Source of the DNA: Bacteriovoracaceae bacterium
GTDB lineage: Bacteria > Bdellovibrionota > Bacteriovoracia > Bacteriovoracales > Bacteriovoracaceae
Direction: 5' to 3'
Assembly (NCBI GenBank): GCA_041586955.1
Contig: JBFGZE010000032.1
Location: forward strand, 1 to 30,786
DNA: 30,786 bases
In this document: piece after piece, positions 19,175 to 29,877 of the stretch
Numbering within the stretch: the first letter of the stretch is position 1
Layout of the letters: the number at the start of each line of letters is the position of its first letter
Program-made: the position numbers and the translations under genes
Notes under the pieces: generated by a model
Told to the model about the DNA's origin: nothing
The model's database searches: none
Seen by the model: the letters and a program-made list of their open reading frames with translations, nothing else

Positions 19175-19849
19175 TTAACTTCTAAAACCTCCCAATTCTG
19201 GATCATGGCGAACAATTGTTCCTTCAATCATATAAATGACATCTTCGGCTATATTTGTTGAATAATCTGCAATTCTTTCTAAATGCCGAGATATTGATAA
19301 ATATTGAATTAAGGGTTCAATATTTTCCGGATTTTTTTTCGCTCTCTCGAAAAATAATTTGTACATATCCTTATTTATATCATCTACTTCCTGATCATCT
19401 ACACAGACTTGTTTTGCAAGCTTTTTATCCATATTAATCAATGAATCAATGGCACGAATAAACATAGAGTAAGTCTTTTTTTCCATACTCTGAAAACAAA
19501 ATGGTTTATCAATGCTCGGCATTTGACAGAGGCCGTAAGCTCTCTCTGCAATGTTTACCGCCAAGTCACCAATACGTTCAAGGTCATTATTCATTTTCAT
19601 AATACCGATAATCATTCTAAGATCGATCGCGACTGGTTGATATAATGCTAAAATCTTTAGACAATCTTCCTCTATTTCAACTTCTTTTTGATCAATTATT
19701 TCATCCATTCGAATAACTTCTTTTGCCAGGACCTTGTCTTCGTTCTCAACAGAACGAACTGATTTTTTTACCATATCTTCAAGTATGCTAGTCATCGTTG
19801 ATAGCTTCTTTTTTAAATTATTCATTTCAACTTCAAGATGTTTTGACAT
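19175..19849 (-). CDS. phoU: Phosphate signalling/transport regulator PhoU
   Basis: LYQPVAIDLR, NDLERIGDLAVNIAE, HLERIADYSTNIAEDVIY. ATG 19849 preceded by GGAGAGGA. Confidence 0.96.
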   Translation of the reverse strand: MSKHLEVEMNNLKKKLSTMTSILEDMVKKSVRSVENEDKVLAKEVIRMDEIIDQKEVEIEEDCLKILALYQPVAIDLRMIIGIMKMNNDLERIGDLAVNIAERAYGLCQMPSIDKPFCFQSMEKKTYSMFIRAIDSLINMDKKLAKQVCVDDQEVDDINKDMYKLFFERAKKNPENIEPLIQYLSISRHLERIADYSTNIAEDVIYMIEGTIVRHDPELGGFRS

Positions 19850-19862
19850 ATTCCTCTCCAAT

Positions 19863-20612
19863 TTACCCAAATCGTCCTGTTATATAATCCTCAGTTTTTT
19901 TCTCTTTAGGCGCAGTGAATATTTTATCAGTCTGACCAAACTCCACCATTTTTCCTTCATAAAAAAATGCCGTGTAATCACTTACCCTTGATGCCTGTTG
20001 CATATTGTGAGTCACAATTATTATGGTATAGTCCTTCTTAAGATCGGTAATCAAATCTTCAACTCTAATCGTTGACTTAGGGTCTAGCGCAGAACATGGC
20101 TCATCCATCAAAATAATTTCGGGTTTCATTGCAATAGTTCTCGCAATACATAGCCTTTGCTGTTGGCCTCCTGATAACTCAAGAGCAGAATCATTTAGTC
20201 TATCCTTTACTTCATCCCAAAGAGCTGCCCCTTTCAAAGATTCCTCTACAAGCTGCTCCAAATCACCAGTATAACCATGAATTTTTGGTCCCCAGGTGAT
20301 ATTGTTAAAAATTGACTTTGGAAAAGGATTTGGCCTTTGGAAAACCATACCGATCCTGGTTCTAACCTCTATAGGATCTGCCTCAAGTAGATTATTCCCT
20401 TCAAAAAAAATGCCACCTTTTTGCTTTAATGTTTCGACAAAATCATTCATTCGATTAAATGATCTTAAAAGAGTACTTTTCCCACAGCCAGAAGGGCCGA
20501 TGATAGCAGTGACATGATTTTTATAAATATCTAAACTGATATTTCGAATAGCATGTTTTTCACCATACCAAATATTGACATTTTTTGCTGATAATACCGT
20601 TTCTATATTCAA
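19863..20612 (-). CDS. pstB: Phosphate ABC transporter ATPase
   Basis: [54 protein letters not shown]. Confidence 0.97.
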   Translation of the reverse strand: MNIETVLSAKNVNIWYGEKHAIRNISLDIYKNHVTAIIGPSGCGKSTLLRSFNRMNDFVETLKQKGGIFFEGNNLLEADPIEVRTRIGMVFQRPNPFPKSIFNNITWGPKIHGYTGDLEQLVEESLKGAALWDEVKDRLNDSALELSGGQQQRLCIARTIAMKPEIILMDEPCSALDPKSTIRVEDLITDLKKDYTIIIVTHNMQQASRVSDYTAFFYEGKMVEFGQTDKIFTAPKEKKTEDYITGRFG

Positions 20613-21463
20613 AATCTATACCTTTTTTGCATTTTGTGTCTAATTAAAACCGCTACGAAGTTCATGACAAGCATAACTGATACCAAAACAATAATTCCCG
20701 CAGCCGCCAGTTGATGAAAGTCAGCTTGAGGCCGACCGGCCCAATTGTAAATTTGAAGGGGCATAACTGTAAACTCATCCATTATTCCTTCTGGAATAAA
20801 AGATATATAACTTACCGCCCCTACAATAATAAGAGGAGCTGTCTCCCCAATAGCTCGTGATAAAGCGAGAATAACCCCAGTCATTATTCCAGGAAGCGCT
20901 ACCGGTAGAACTTGACCAAAAACAACATGATGCTTTCTTGCACCCATTGCATAGGCCCCAAATCTAATCGAATTTGGAACCGCTCGAATAGACTCTCTTG
21001 TCGCCACAACGATAACAGGCATAATGAGAAGACTGAGCGTTAAAGCTCCTGAAAGAAGGCTTCTATCAAAACCGAAATATCTTACAAATACTGTAAGACC
21101 AAGCAGTCCATACACTATAGATGGGACGCCTGCCAGATTTGCCATATTAACTTCAATGATTTTTCCAATGATTCCTTTTATACCGTATTCCTCAAGAAAT
21201 AATCCTGCAAATACTCCAATTGGTATTGAGATACTTGCAGTGAGGGCCATAAGCCAAATACTTCCAAAAATACCGGCCTTTAATCCGGCCTTTTCAGGAA
21301 AGCGTGAAGGAAATGAATCCATAAATTGCCAATCGAGCCAACGCCACCCCTCACTTAAAATATGAGTCAATAAGACAATTAAAATTAAAACTGATGTCCA
21401 AGTCGCCACGGTTGCGATGAACTTGAAAGCTTTTTCTTTACGTATTCTTGTTGGTGAAATCAT
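20609..21463 (-). CDS. pstA: Phosphate ABC transporter permease
   Basis: [28 protein letters not shown], multiple TM segments, operon position. Confidence 0.96.
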   Translation of the reverse strand: MISPTRIRKEKAFKFIATVATWTSVLILIVLLTHILSEGWRWLDWQFMDSFPSRFPEKAGLKAGIFGSIWLMALTASISIPIGVFAGLFLEEYGIKGIIGKIIEVNMANLAGVPSIVYGLLGLTVFVRYFGFDRSLLSGALTLSLLIMPVIVVATRESIRAVPNSIRFGAYAMGARKHHVVFGQVLPVALPGIMTGVILALSRAIGETAPLIIVGAVSYISFIPEGIMDEFTVMPLQIYNWAGRPQADFHQLAAAGIIVLVSVMLVMNFVAVLIRHKMQKRYRF

Positions 21464-22356
21464 AAACTTTTAACCCTAAATTTTGTGAGAATTATTTGGC
21501 CAAGTAAATTCATCATAAACGTCATCACAAACAGCAAGAGCCCAACAGCGAAACAAGTTAAATACTCAATGCCTCCTGCCTGCGTATCACCAAGGCTCAC
21601 TTGAACAATGTATGCTGTCATCGTTTGAATACTTTTTAGAGGACTTAGTGTAAGTTGTGGATTTGATCCAGATGCCAAAGTCACCGCCATAGTCTCACCA
21701 ATAGCTCGAGAGAGTGCCAAAATAAATGCCGCTAAAATTCTTGATAGAGAATAAGGAATCATAATTCCCATGACAACCTCATTGGTCGTAGCCCCTATTG
21801 CGAAGGCACCGTCTTTTACCGAGCGTGGAATGGCCCTAAAGGCATCATCACATAAAGAAGCGATCATCGGAAGAATCATAATGGCCACGACTATGGCACC
21901 ACTTGCGGCATTAAATATTTCCGTATTTGGAATAATTTTTTGCAAAATAGGCGTAATAAAAGTCAGTGCGAAAAACCCATAGACAATTGTAGGTATTCCA
22001 GACAGAACCTCTAAAATTGGCTTTAACGTATTTCTTCTCTTTTTCCCAGCATAAACAGAAAGATATACTGCACATAAAAGGCCAAGCGGCATTGCAATAA
22101 TTCCAGCACCAATTGTTACTTGCAATGTCCCAACAACAAGCGGAAGGACACCAAAAGACTTGGGTTCAAGTAGTGGTGTCCATTCTGTACCCGTTAGAAA
22201 GTCCCAAATAGGTACCTGACGAAAAAACTGGAAGCCTTCATTACCTAATACAAAGATAATTCCAATTGTTGTTAAAATACCCAAGAATGCACAAACTCCA
22301 AATACGAGCTTAATACTTATGCCAATAATAGTGACTCTCGTTTTACGATCGATCAT
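21460..22356 (-). CDS. pstC: Phosphate ABC transporter permease
   Basis: [37 protein letters not shown], operon position. Confidence 0.96.
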   Translation of the reverse strand: MIDRKTRVTIIGISIKLVFGVCAFLGILTTIGIIFVLGNEGFQFFRQVPIWDFLTGTEWTPLLEPKSFGVLPLVVGTLQVTIGAGIIAMPLGLLCAVYLSVYAGKKRRNTLKPILEVLSGIPTIVYGFFALTFITPILQKIIPNTEIFNAASGAIVVAIMILPMIASLCDDAFRAIPRSVKDGAFAIGATTNEVVMGIMIPYSLSRILAAFILALSRAIGETMAVTLASGSNPQLTLSPLKSIQTMTAYIVQVSLGDTQAGGIEYLTCFAVGLLLFVMTFMMNLLGQIILTKFRVKSL

Positions 22357-23243
22357 AATTCTTTAAGGTATTTATTGTATTGATCTTTAGTAAGGGGAAC
22401 ATAGCCGACGTCTTTGACTAGATTCGCAGCATTGCTTAAATAAAACTCTACGAAAGTTTTCATTTCTTCTCTTTTTAAAGAGTTTGTATTGACGTAAATA
22501 AAAATTTGACGTGCAAGAGGTGTATAGGTACCAGATTGAATTGTTTTCTCCGTAGGGGCAACACCGTCAATACTAACCGCCTTAAGACTATTTTTATTCT
22601 CGGCATAATATGCATAACCAAAATAACCAAGAGCATCTATATCACCAGCAACACCAGTCACTAGGACATTATCATCTTCACTTTTTGAATAATTGGCCCT
22701 TGATTTACCACTCTTTCCATTGATTACTTTTGTAAAGTAATCAAAAGTTCCCGAATCGGTACCAGGCCCATATAGCTTAATTGCCCTATTTGGCCATTTT
22801 TCGTTTAAATCTTTCCAAGTTTTGACTTTAGATCCTGTTTGCCAAAGCTGTGTTAATTGTTCTTTTGTCATTTGTGTTGCCCAAGTGTTTTTGGGATTTA
22901 TAACGACAGTAATGCCATCAAAAGCAATAGGAATTTCCATATACTTAATACCGGCCTCAGATGCCATTTGCTTTTCTTTATCTTTTATTCTTCTCGAGGC
23001 ATTGTTAATATCAATTTCATTTTTTATAAATTTTTTGAAACCACCACCGGTACCTGAGACCCCAATATTGACTCGAACTCTTGGAGCTTTGTTTCTAAAC
23101 TCTTCAGCGACGGCCTCAGTAATGGGAAAAACGGTGCTAGAACCATCAATCCTAACTTTACCTCTAAGTTTAGCTTCAGCTGTTGTAAAGAATAGAGGTA
23201 GTGTCAGCGTAATACTTGCCATTAAAATAATTAATTTGGGCAT
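22353..23243 (-). CDS. pstS: Phosphate-binding periplasmic protein
   Basis: Signal peptide, IDGSSTVFPI, SGTGGG, DSGTFDYF, SEDDN, GYFGYAYY. ATG 23243 preceded by AGGAG. Confidence 0.96.
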   Translation of the reverse strand: MPKLIILMASITLTLPLFFTTAEAKLRGKVRIDGSSTVFPITEAVAEEFRNKAPRVRVNIGVSGTGGGFKKFIKNEIDINNASRRIKDKEKQMASEAGIKYMEIPIAFDGITVVINPKNTWATQMTKEQLTQLWQTGSKVKTWKDLNEKWPNRAIKLYGPGTDSGTFDYFTKVINGKSGKSRANYSKSEDDNVLVTGVAGDIDALGYFGYAYYAENKNSLKAVSIDGVAPTEKTIQSGTYTPLARQIFIYVNTNSLKREEMKTFVEFYLSNAANLVKDVGYVPLTKDQYNKYLKEL

Positions 23244-23265
23244 GCTTTCTCTCCTAAATAAGTAT

Positions 23266-23334
23266 GTCATTGAGAATGACTATATTTACTGAACATTTCT
23301 GTGACTAGAGTAATATTGTTAGAAATATGTTAGA
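23266..23334 (-). promoter_or_regulatory. Putative Pho-box-like operator region upstream of pstS
   Basis: TCTAACA direct repeat with 11-bp period (+ strand TGTTAGA at 23317 and 23328), GTCACA and GTCAT half-sites, and palindrome GTCATT-N3-AATGAC at 23266-23280. Confidence 0.5.
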
Positions 23335-23595
23335 TCGACTCGCGCAGCGCGCCACAAATATAAAAAGCCCTTATTATTTGCAAAAAGTATCACATTGACC
23401 TATAGACCTGGAGGATAAGTCTAGCACAGATAGAATGTACGCGGTTCAAAATTCAAAATAAAGACTCAATGCTGCCATAATAGTTGGCAATAAGCATTAT
23501 ATGCAGCAGTCCCAAGGATTTTTTGAAGGGAAAATAGAATTGGCCTAGGCTTAGGCTAGTTTTTCTTTCCTATTATCCGTTTATTTAATAGCAAG

Positions 23596-24870
23596 TTATT
23601 TTTTACCGGAAATCACTTCTCGGCCACCCATATAAGGCCTTAATTTTTCGGGGATCTTGACTGAGCCGTCAGCTAATTGATGGTTTTCCAAGAAGCAAAC
23701 GAGAATTCTTGGTGTCGCCACGGCCGTATTATTAAGGGTATGGCAAAACTGAACTTTACCATCCGCGTCTCTATAGCGAGTATTTGTCCGACGCGCTTGC
23801 CAATCATAAAGTGAGGAACAAGAATGAGTTTCCCTATATTTACTCTCTGACGGAACCCAGGACTCCACATCGTACATCTTCACTTTTCCAGTCCCCATAT
23901 CACCGGTACAGCATTCAACCACTCGATAAGGTAACTCTAGTTCTTGGACAATTTCTTCACTTGTTTCCATTAAGGCCTTATGCCATTTAGCAGACTCTTC
24001 GGGATCATTCTTGCAAATCACAAATTGCTCAGTTTTTAAAAATTGGTGAACCCGGATAAGACCTCTCACATCACGTCCATAACTCCCCGCCTCTCTTCTA
24101 AAACAAGGTGAAAATCCTGCATAAAGGATAGGAAGATCAGCTTCACTTAAAATTTCTTTAGAGTGAAGAGAATTTAATTGTACTTCAGCGGTACCAGATA
24201 AATATAAATCGTCTTCTGGTAAGAAATAAACTTGGTCACGCCCGGAAGGGAAGTGGCCCGTTCCGACAAGTGCGCTTTCCCGAGAAAGCGAGGGTGTTGA
24301 GACTAATGTAAAGCCCTTTGCCATCAATTTATCCATGGCCATACGGTGAAGGGCCATTTCTAAAAGTACCATTTCATTGCGAAGTGAATAGCTGCGGCTT
24401 CCACAAATCTCACCTATTTTCTCAAACTCGGCCCAACCATTTAACTCTAAGAGATCAACATGGTCTCTTGGTTCAAAATCAAATTGCGGTAACTCACCCC
24501 ACTTCTTCACTTCAATATTGCCACTTTCATCTGAACCTATAGGTGCATCAGCTGCAGGAATATTGGGGACCAGTAATAATTGGTGTTTCAGTTTTTGCTC
24601 GGCCTCATCTAAAGCGGGCCTTTTCTCATCTATTGATGCTCCAATAGCACGCCCCTCTTCAATTAAAGCGGGTCTCTCGTCGGCCGTGGCCCCGGGAATT
24701 TTCTTAGAGTGGGCATTTCTTTTGGCCTGGAGCTCCTGAATTTCAGTTTTCATGGCCGTAACCTGGCGGTCTAATTCCAAAAGAGCGTCAATATCGAACT
24801 TAATTGCCTTGAGTTCACATGCCTTCTTCACCTGGTCAGTATTTTCTCTAATAAATTTAACATCTAGCAT
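23596..24870 (-). CDS. serS: Serine--tRNA ligase
   Basis: MLDVKFIREN start with GGAG RBS, GTAE, FRREAG, RGLIRVHQF, YRETHSCS, HTLNNT. Confidence 0.97.
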   Translation of the reverse strand: MLDVKFIRENTDQVKKACELKAIKFDIDALLELDRQVTAMKTEIQELQAKRNAHSKKIPGATADERPALIEEGRAIGASIDEKRPALDEAEQKLKHQLLLVPNIPAADAPIGSDESGNIEVKKWGELPQFDFEPRDHVDLLELNGWAEFEKIGEICGSRSYSLRNEMVLLEMALHRMAMDKLMAKGFTLVSTPSLSRESALVGTGHFPSGRDQVYFLPEDDLYLSGTAEVQLNSLHSKEILSEADLPILYAGFSPCFRREAGSYGRDVRGLIRVHQFLKTEQFVICKNDPEESAKWHKALMETSEEIVQELELPYRVVECCTGDMGTGKVKMYDVESWVPSESKYRETHSCSSLYDWQARRTNTRYRDADGKVQFCHTLNNTAVATPRILVCFLENHQLADGSVKIPEKLRPYMGGREVISGKK

Positions 24871-25124
24871 AAAAGAAACTCCAAAATCACGAACCAGGGG
24901 TTCTAAGGCCTTAAAACGACAGATTTCAAAATAAACCATTTTCTATAGCTTTTCAAAAATAAAAAATTTAAGACTCTATGTTTTTCTTAAAATAGGATAT
25001 TTTGGAAAAAACTAATTGCCAAATATGTAAATAAATTTTTATTATAGTTTAATCAGTAATTATATAGAATAGTATTCTTACGACTTTTGCCCTCGGAAAG
25101 TCATAAAAATGGGGAAACTCCATT

Positions 25125-25532
25125 ATGGCAAATAAAAACCAAGAAGATCCAAGCTTTGAGGGTCTTAGAATCCTTCTAATCGACGATGAAGAATTATCTG
25201 CACGCCTCACCAAAGAAGGGCTTGAGCGCTTCGGCATGATTGTCACAGAGGTTTGTGACGCTTCAAAGGCACTTGAGATCTACACGAAGGGCCCTCACAA
25301 TTTCGATATGGTCATTACTGACAAGAATATGCCTTATATGAATGGTATCGAATTAAGTGCTGAGATTTTGAAGTTACGAGAGGATATCCCTGTCATTATT
25401 ATAACTGGCTTTCTCGACATCCAAACCGAAGCGCAGCTCAAGGCCATAGGCGTTACAGACACTATTCTCAAGCCAGCGAATATTAAAAACATCTGCGATA
25501 AAATTAAGGAAGTGTGGAGTGCAAAACACTAG
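25125..25532 (+). CDS. Single-domain (CheY-like) response regulator
   Basis: ILLIDDE, VITDKNMP, IIITG, KP motifs; no output domain. Confidence 0.92.
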   Translation: MANKNQEDPSFEGLRILLIDDEELSARLTKEGLERFGMIVTEVCDASKALEIYTKGPHNFDMVITDKNMPYMNGIELSAEILKLREDIPVIIITGFLDIQTEAQLKAIGVTDTILKPANIKNICDKIKEVWSAKH

Positions 25533-25538
25533 GAATCC

Positions 25539-26273
25539 CTAATAAAAGGCGATATCTAAAACTTGTTTATCAATTAACTCTAAACGGTCATTCAACATAT
25601 CTCCGTCAAAGCGGTCAATAACGATCTCATTGCCATTCAAATAAATCTGATGATTTCCTATTGGGTAAAAAAATGCCTTTTCACCATGCCCAAAATAAAG
25701 ACTTTTTAATTTACGCAGGCCAAAATGAATCTTTTGTAAAAATGAATTCCGGTAGTCCTTACCTAAAGTGTGATCATAAGAGATTCCCATTCGCTCTCGA
25801 TCATAATAAAACCCTTGCTCGCCTGGAAAATAGTCACATTGAATATGGTTTATCAGCTCATGAAAAAAAACTTTATTCGTGACGTTTGATTGATACACTA
25901 ATTGCACTTTAAAGGCATTATAATCATTTTTATTTTGTTCTAAATTAATATAACCCTTACCAATAATAGTAGCGCTATCCCCCAATTCGATGAGCCGATT
26001 GATGTTTTTCTTGAATTTTTCATCCACTTGCAGCCGATTCACAATTTGCTGCCGAACAGTACCCAAGCAAAGCACGCGGGTATAAATTTGGTTCACTAGG
26101 TCTTGATCCAGGGAATCTTCACCGGCCCTCTGAATTTTGTTGGCATGCGCTTTAAAAAAAGGATAACTATCCTGGTGATGAAATTTAATCGAAAAATTAC
26201 TATCAGCAGAGGCCATCGCCATTAAAGGAAAAAGGGAGCAAAGTAAAACCCAAAAAGTTATCGAATTTTTCAT
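25539..26273 (-). CDS. Hypothetical secreted protein
   Basis: 244-aa ORF with a signal peptide (MKNSITFWVLLCSLFPLMAMASA); no family recognised. Confidence 0.75.
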   Translation of the reverse strand: MKNSITFWVLLCSLFPLMAMASADSNFSIKFHHQDSYPFFKAHANKIQRAGEDSLDQDLVNQIYTRVLCLGTVRQQIVNRLQVDEKFKKNINRLIELGDSATIIGKGYINLEQNKNDYNAFKVQLVYQSNVTNKVFFHELINHIQCDYFPGEQGFYYDRERMGISYDHTLGKDYRNSFLQKIHFGLRKLKSLYFGHGEKAFFYPIGNHQIYLNGNEIVIDRFDGDMLNDRLELIDKQVLDIAFY

Positions 26274-26410
26274 GCTTCTACTTTATCAACCCTCCCTCTC
26301 ACCAAGGTGGCCTTCAATAGAAATTACATACCCGACTAAAGTGTAGTCATACTTACCCCCTTTTTTTTTCAATACATAGTGATAACCTTTTAAAAACAGG
26401 AGAAAAATTT

Positions 26411-26908
26411 ATGGAAAAAGCAACTTTTGCAGCAGGATGTTTTTGGGGTGTGGAGCATATTCTTGGCGGCCAAGAAGGTGTCATGGAAACGGCCGTTGGC
26501 TATATGGGCGGTCTCACGGACAATCCCAGCTATCGTGATGTTTGTAATGGAGATACCGGCCATGCTGAAGTTGTTCAAGTAGAGTACAACCCTCTCATTA
26601 TTTCATACCGGGAATTATTAGATGTTTTTTTCCGTTGCCATGACCCGACAACTAAAAATCGGCAAGGCGCAGACCAGGGCACCCAATATCGTTCGGCGAT
26701 TTTTTGTGAAAACACAGAACAAGAAGAGACTGCCCGGGCATTTATTCTTGAGCTGACCAATGGCGGGTATTTTAATGACCCCATTGTGACGGAAGTCTCT
26801 ATGTCTAAAGAGTTTTTTCGAGCAGAAGAATATCATCAAAAATACTTTGAGCACCATCCAGGCCATGTCTGCCATACTCTACGCTCACAATATACTCTCT
26901 CAATTTAA
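26411..26908 (+). CDS. msrA: Peptide methionine sulfoxide reductase A
   Basis: FAAGCFWGVE, TGHAEVV, HDPT, QYRSAIF, AEEYHQKY. AGGAG RBS. Confidence 0.97.
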   Translation: MEKATFAAGCFWGVEHILGGQEGVMETAVGYMGGLTDNPSYRDVCNGDTGHAEVVQVEYNPLIISYRELLDVFFRCHDPTTKNRQGADQGTQYRSAIFCENTEQEETARAFILELTNGGYFNDPIVTEVSMSKEFFRAEEYHQKYFEHHPGHVCHTLRSQYTLSI

Positions 26909-26921
26909 AATAATTTTAAGC

Positions 26922-26957
26922 TTTCACCTTTGGCCCAGTTTTGTCCCAAAGGTGAAA
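26922..26957. terminator. Probable bidirectional terminator between convergent msrA and leuS
   Basis: 12-bp perfect inverted repeat TTTCACCTTTGG/CCAAAGGTGAAA, 12-nt loop, in the 56-nt gap between the stops. Confidence 0.7.
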
Positions 26958-26964
26958 TTCTAAT

Positions 26965-29751
26965 TTAACAAACAATATTGACAATTTTTTTCGGAATAAT
27001 AATCAACTTTTTAATAGTCTTTCCTTCAATCTGCTTTTGCACTCTCTCATCGGACAGAACAACTTTCTCAATATCATCTTTGCTCGCATTGATATCAAGA
27101 TCCATCGTAAACCGTGTTTTACCATTAAAGGAAATGGGATAAGTATGAGAGCTTTCTACCAAATAGGACTCATTGAGCTCAGGGTAAGTCGCATCTGAGA
27201 CACTCCCCTGATACCCCAATCGCTGATAGAGTTCTTCGCAAATATGAGGCGCAAAAGGCGATAATAAAACCACAAGAGGTCCAAGAATAGATTTCTTATG
27301 GCATTTCAGTTTTGATAAGTCATTCACGCAGATCATGAAGGCAGAAACCGATGTATTAAAGGAGAAATTCTCCATATCTTCTTTTACCTTTTTAATACAG
27401 GTATGAAGAACCTTAAGCTCTTCTTTCGTCGCTTCATCATCGATCATTATCCATTCATCATTAGCATCTTGGAAAAGGCGCCATAATTTAATAAGAAAAC
27501 GATAAACCCCCTCAATCCCATTGGTATTCCAAGGTTTTGATTGCTCAAGAGGACCAAGAAACATTTCATAAAGACGAAGTGTATCGGCTCCATACTTACC
27601 CACAATCAAATCAGGGTTAACAACGTTATAAAGGGATTTACTCATTTTCTCGACCGCATAACCACAACGATACTTTTGAATAGACTTCCCCTCTTCCTCG
27701 ACCTCTTCAAAGATAAACTCGGCGTCCTTAAAGTCTGGACGCCACGCTTTAAAGGCCTCAATATCGAGAAAGTCATTAGAGACAATATTAACGTCCACAT
27801 GAATCTCTTGTACATCGTATTGATCTTTAAGTCCCAACGACACAAATTGATTGCTATTTTTCACACGATAAACAAAATTAGAACGACCTTGAATCATCCC
27901 TTGATTAATCAGTTTTTTGAAAGGCTCTTCCTTACAGACAAAACCTGTATCGAAAAGGAACATATTCCAAAAACGAGAATAGATAAGATGCCCTGTCGCG
28001 TGTTCGGCACCGCCCACGTAGAGGTCAACATCTTGCCAATACTCATTGGCCTCTTTAGAAACTAACGCTTTATCATTACGGGGATCCATATAGCGTAGAT
28101 AATAAGCAGAACTTCCAGCAAAGCCGGGCATAGTCGACAACTCAAAAGGCAGGCCATCTCGATTATGCCAATTTTTAGCGCGTCCAAGGGGAGGATCACC
28201 ATCCTCCGTCGGTAAGAAAGCATCGACTTCGGGTAATTCCAAGGGCAATTCCTCTTCTTTTAAAGGCACGGCAATACCATCCTTATAATAGATAGGGAAA
28301 GGTTCACCCCAATAACGTTGGCGCGAAAAAGTAGCATCTCGTAAACGGAAATTTACTTTATGACGACCAAGGTTTTTGCTTTTCACCGTTTCAAGCATCT
28401 TAGCAATGGCATCTTTAACCGATAGGCCGTCGAGAAGATCGGAATTCATCATGATGCCATCTTTAGCATCAAATGACTCTTTTGAAATATCACCACCCTC
28501 GACAACTTGAACAATGGGTAAATCAAAATGCTTCGCAAAAGCGTAATCACGAGAGTCATGAGCGGGAACCGCCATAATTGCCCCAGTGCCATAACCACCC
28601 AGAACATAATCCCCGATCCAAATAGGAATTTCTTTACCTGAAAAAGGATGAATACAATAACTACCAGTGAAAACTCCAGTGACCTTTTTTACATCGGCCA
28701 GACGCTCGCGTTCACTTCTTTTAGAAACCTCATTTAAATATTGCTCAACCGCGGCCTTTTGCTCTGTGGTTGTCACTTTAGAGACATAATCACTTTCTGG
28801 CGCTAATACCATAAAAGTTACACCAAATATCGTGTCTGGCCTGGTGGTAAAAATCTCAAAGGATTCATTTGATCCCTTGACGTCAAATTGTACTTCTGCC
28901 CCTTCAGAGCGACCAATCCAATTGCGCTGCATTTCCTTAAGGGAATCGGACCAATTGAGGTTATCAAGACCTTTTAAGAGGCGCTCGGTATAAGCGGATA
29001 CACGTAGGCACCATTGCTTCATCATCTTTTGTTCAACCGGGTGTCCACCGCGCACAGAAAGCCCCTCTTTGACTTCATCATTGGCGAGAACTGTTCCAAG
29101 GGCCGGGCACCAATTAACAGTAATATCCGCCCTATAAGCAAGACGAAATTGTTGGAGAATATCCTCCCGTTCAAGCTCGCTCATCGCCTGCCATTGTTCG
29201 CTAGAAAAGTCTCCCTCAAAGTCTGTCGCGGCCTGGACATCCACACTTCCCTTGGTGGAAAAATGGGAAATAAGACCTTCGATGGGGAGCGCTTTATCGG
29301 TCTTTTTATCATAGAAATGATTAAACATTTGAATGAAGGCCCATTGAGTCCACTTATAATAATCAGGTTCACAAGTACGGACTTCACGCGTCCAATCAAA
29401 ACTAAATCCGATTTTATCTAATTGCTCACGGTAACGTGCGATATTATTTTTTGTCGTGATAGCTGGGTGCTGTCCAGTTTGAATAGCGTATTGTTCAGCA
29501 GGCAGACCAAAAGCATCGTAACCCATTGGGTGAAGAACATTAAAACCAAAAAGTCGTTTATAACGGGCATAAATATCTGAGGCGATATAGCCGAGGGGGT
29601 GCCCGACATGCAGACCAGCACCAGAGGGATAGGGAAACATGTCGAGGATATAGAATTTAGGCCTAGAAGTATCAACTTCAACTTTGTAAGTCCCGTTTTC
29701 TGTCCAAAACTTCTGCCATTTTTTTTCAATCTCTAAGGCCTGATACGCCAT
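26965..29751 (-). CDS. leuS: Leucine--tRNA ligase
   Basis: [14 protein letters not shown] (HIGH), FTTRPDT and [12 protein letters not shown] (CP1 editing domain), SRQRYWG, KMSKS. Confidence 0.98.
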   Translation of the reverse strand: MAYQALEIEKKWQKFWTENGTYKVEVDTSRPKFYILDMFPYPSGAGLHVGHPLGYIASDIYARYKRLFGFNVLHPMGYDAFGLPAEQYAIQTGQHPAITTKNNIARYREQLDKIGFSFDWTREVRTCEPDYYKWTQWAFIQMFNHFYDKKTDKALPIEGLISHFSTKGSVDVQAATDFEGDFSSEQWQAMSELEREDILQQFRLAYRADITVNWCPALGTVLANDEVKEGLSVRGGHPVEQKMMKQWCLRVSAYTERLLKGLDNLNWSDSLKEMQRNWIGRSEGAEVQFDVKGSNESFEIFTTRPDTIFGVTFMVLAPESDYVSKVTTTEQKAAVEQYLNEVSKRSERERLADVKKVTGVFTGSYCIHPFSGKEIPIWIGDYVLGGYGTGAIMAVPAHDSRDYAFAKHFDLPIVQVVEGGDISKESFDAKDGIMMNSDLLDGLSVKDAIAKMLETVKSKNLGRHKVNFRLRDATFSRQRYWGEPFPIYYKDGIAVPLKEEELPLELPEVDAFLPTEDGDPPLGRAKNWHNRDGLPFELSTMPGFAGSSAYYLRYMDPRNDKALVSKEANEYWQDVDLYVGGAEHATGHLIYSRFWNMFLFDTGFVCKEEPFKKLINQGMIQGRSNFVYRVKNSNQFVSLGLKDQYDVQEIHVDVNIVSNDFLDIEAFKAWRPDFKDAEFIFEEVEEEGKSIQKYRCGYAVEKMSKSLYNVVNPDLIVGKYGADTLRLYEMFLGPLEQSKPWNTNGIEGVYRFLIKLWRLFQDANDEWIMIDDEATKEELKVLHTCIKKVKEDMENFSFNTSVSAFMICVNDLSKLKCHKKSILGPLVVLLSPFAPHICEELYQRLGYQGSVSDATYPELNESYLVESSHTYPISFNGKTRFTMDLDINASKDDIEKVVLSDERVQKQIEGKTIKKLIIIPKKIVNIVC

Positions 29752-29877
29752 AACTTCACTCCACCCAAAGGTTGATTTCCAATATTGTTTTACCCACTTC
29801 CCTACACAACGGAAAAGAGTAGTTTCCTAAAGACTTATTTTTACTAAAACGGATGGGGATCGTCTATTAGAAGGGAT

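Noticed and set aside
19175..23243. pst operon as a horizontally acquired island
   Set aside because: It looks slightly more AT-rich by eye, but I could not quantify this and see no integrase, IS, tRNA or flanking repeats.
6314..25532. A single CckA-ChpT-CtrA-CpdR-DivL-like pathway made of all the two-component genes here
   Set aside because: The genes are scattered among unrelated housekeeping loci and orthology is not evident, so they are reported separately.
29752..29877. T-box or attenuator leader for leuS (and similarly serS)
   Set aside because: No T-box consensus or leader peptide seen; the leuS gap is only 126 nt.
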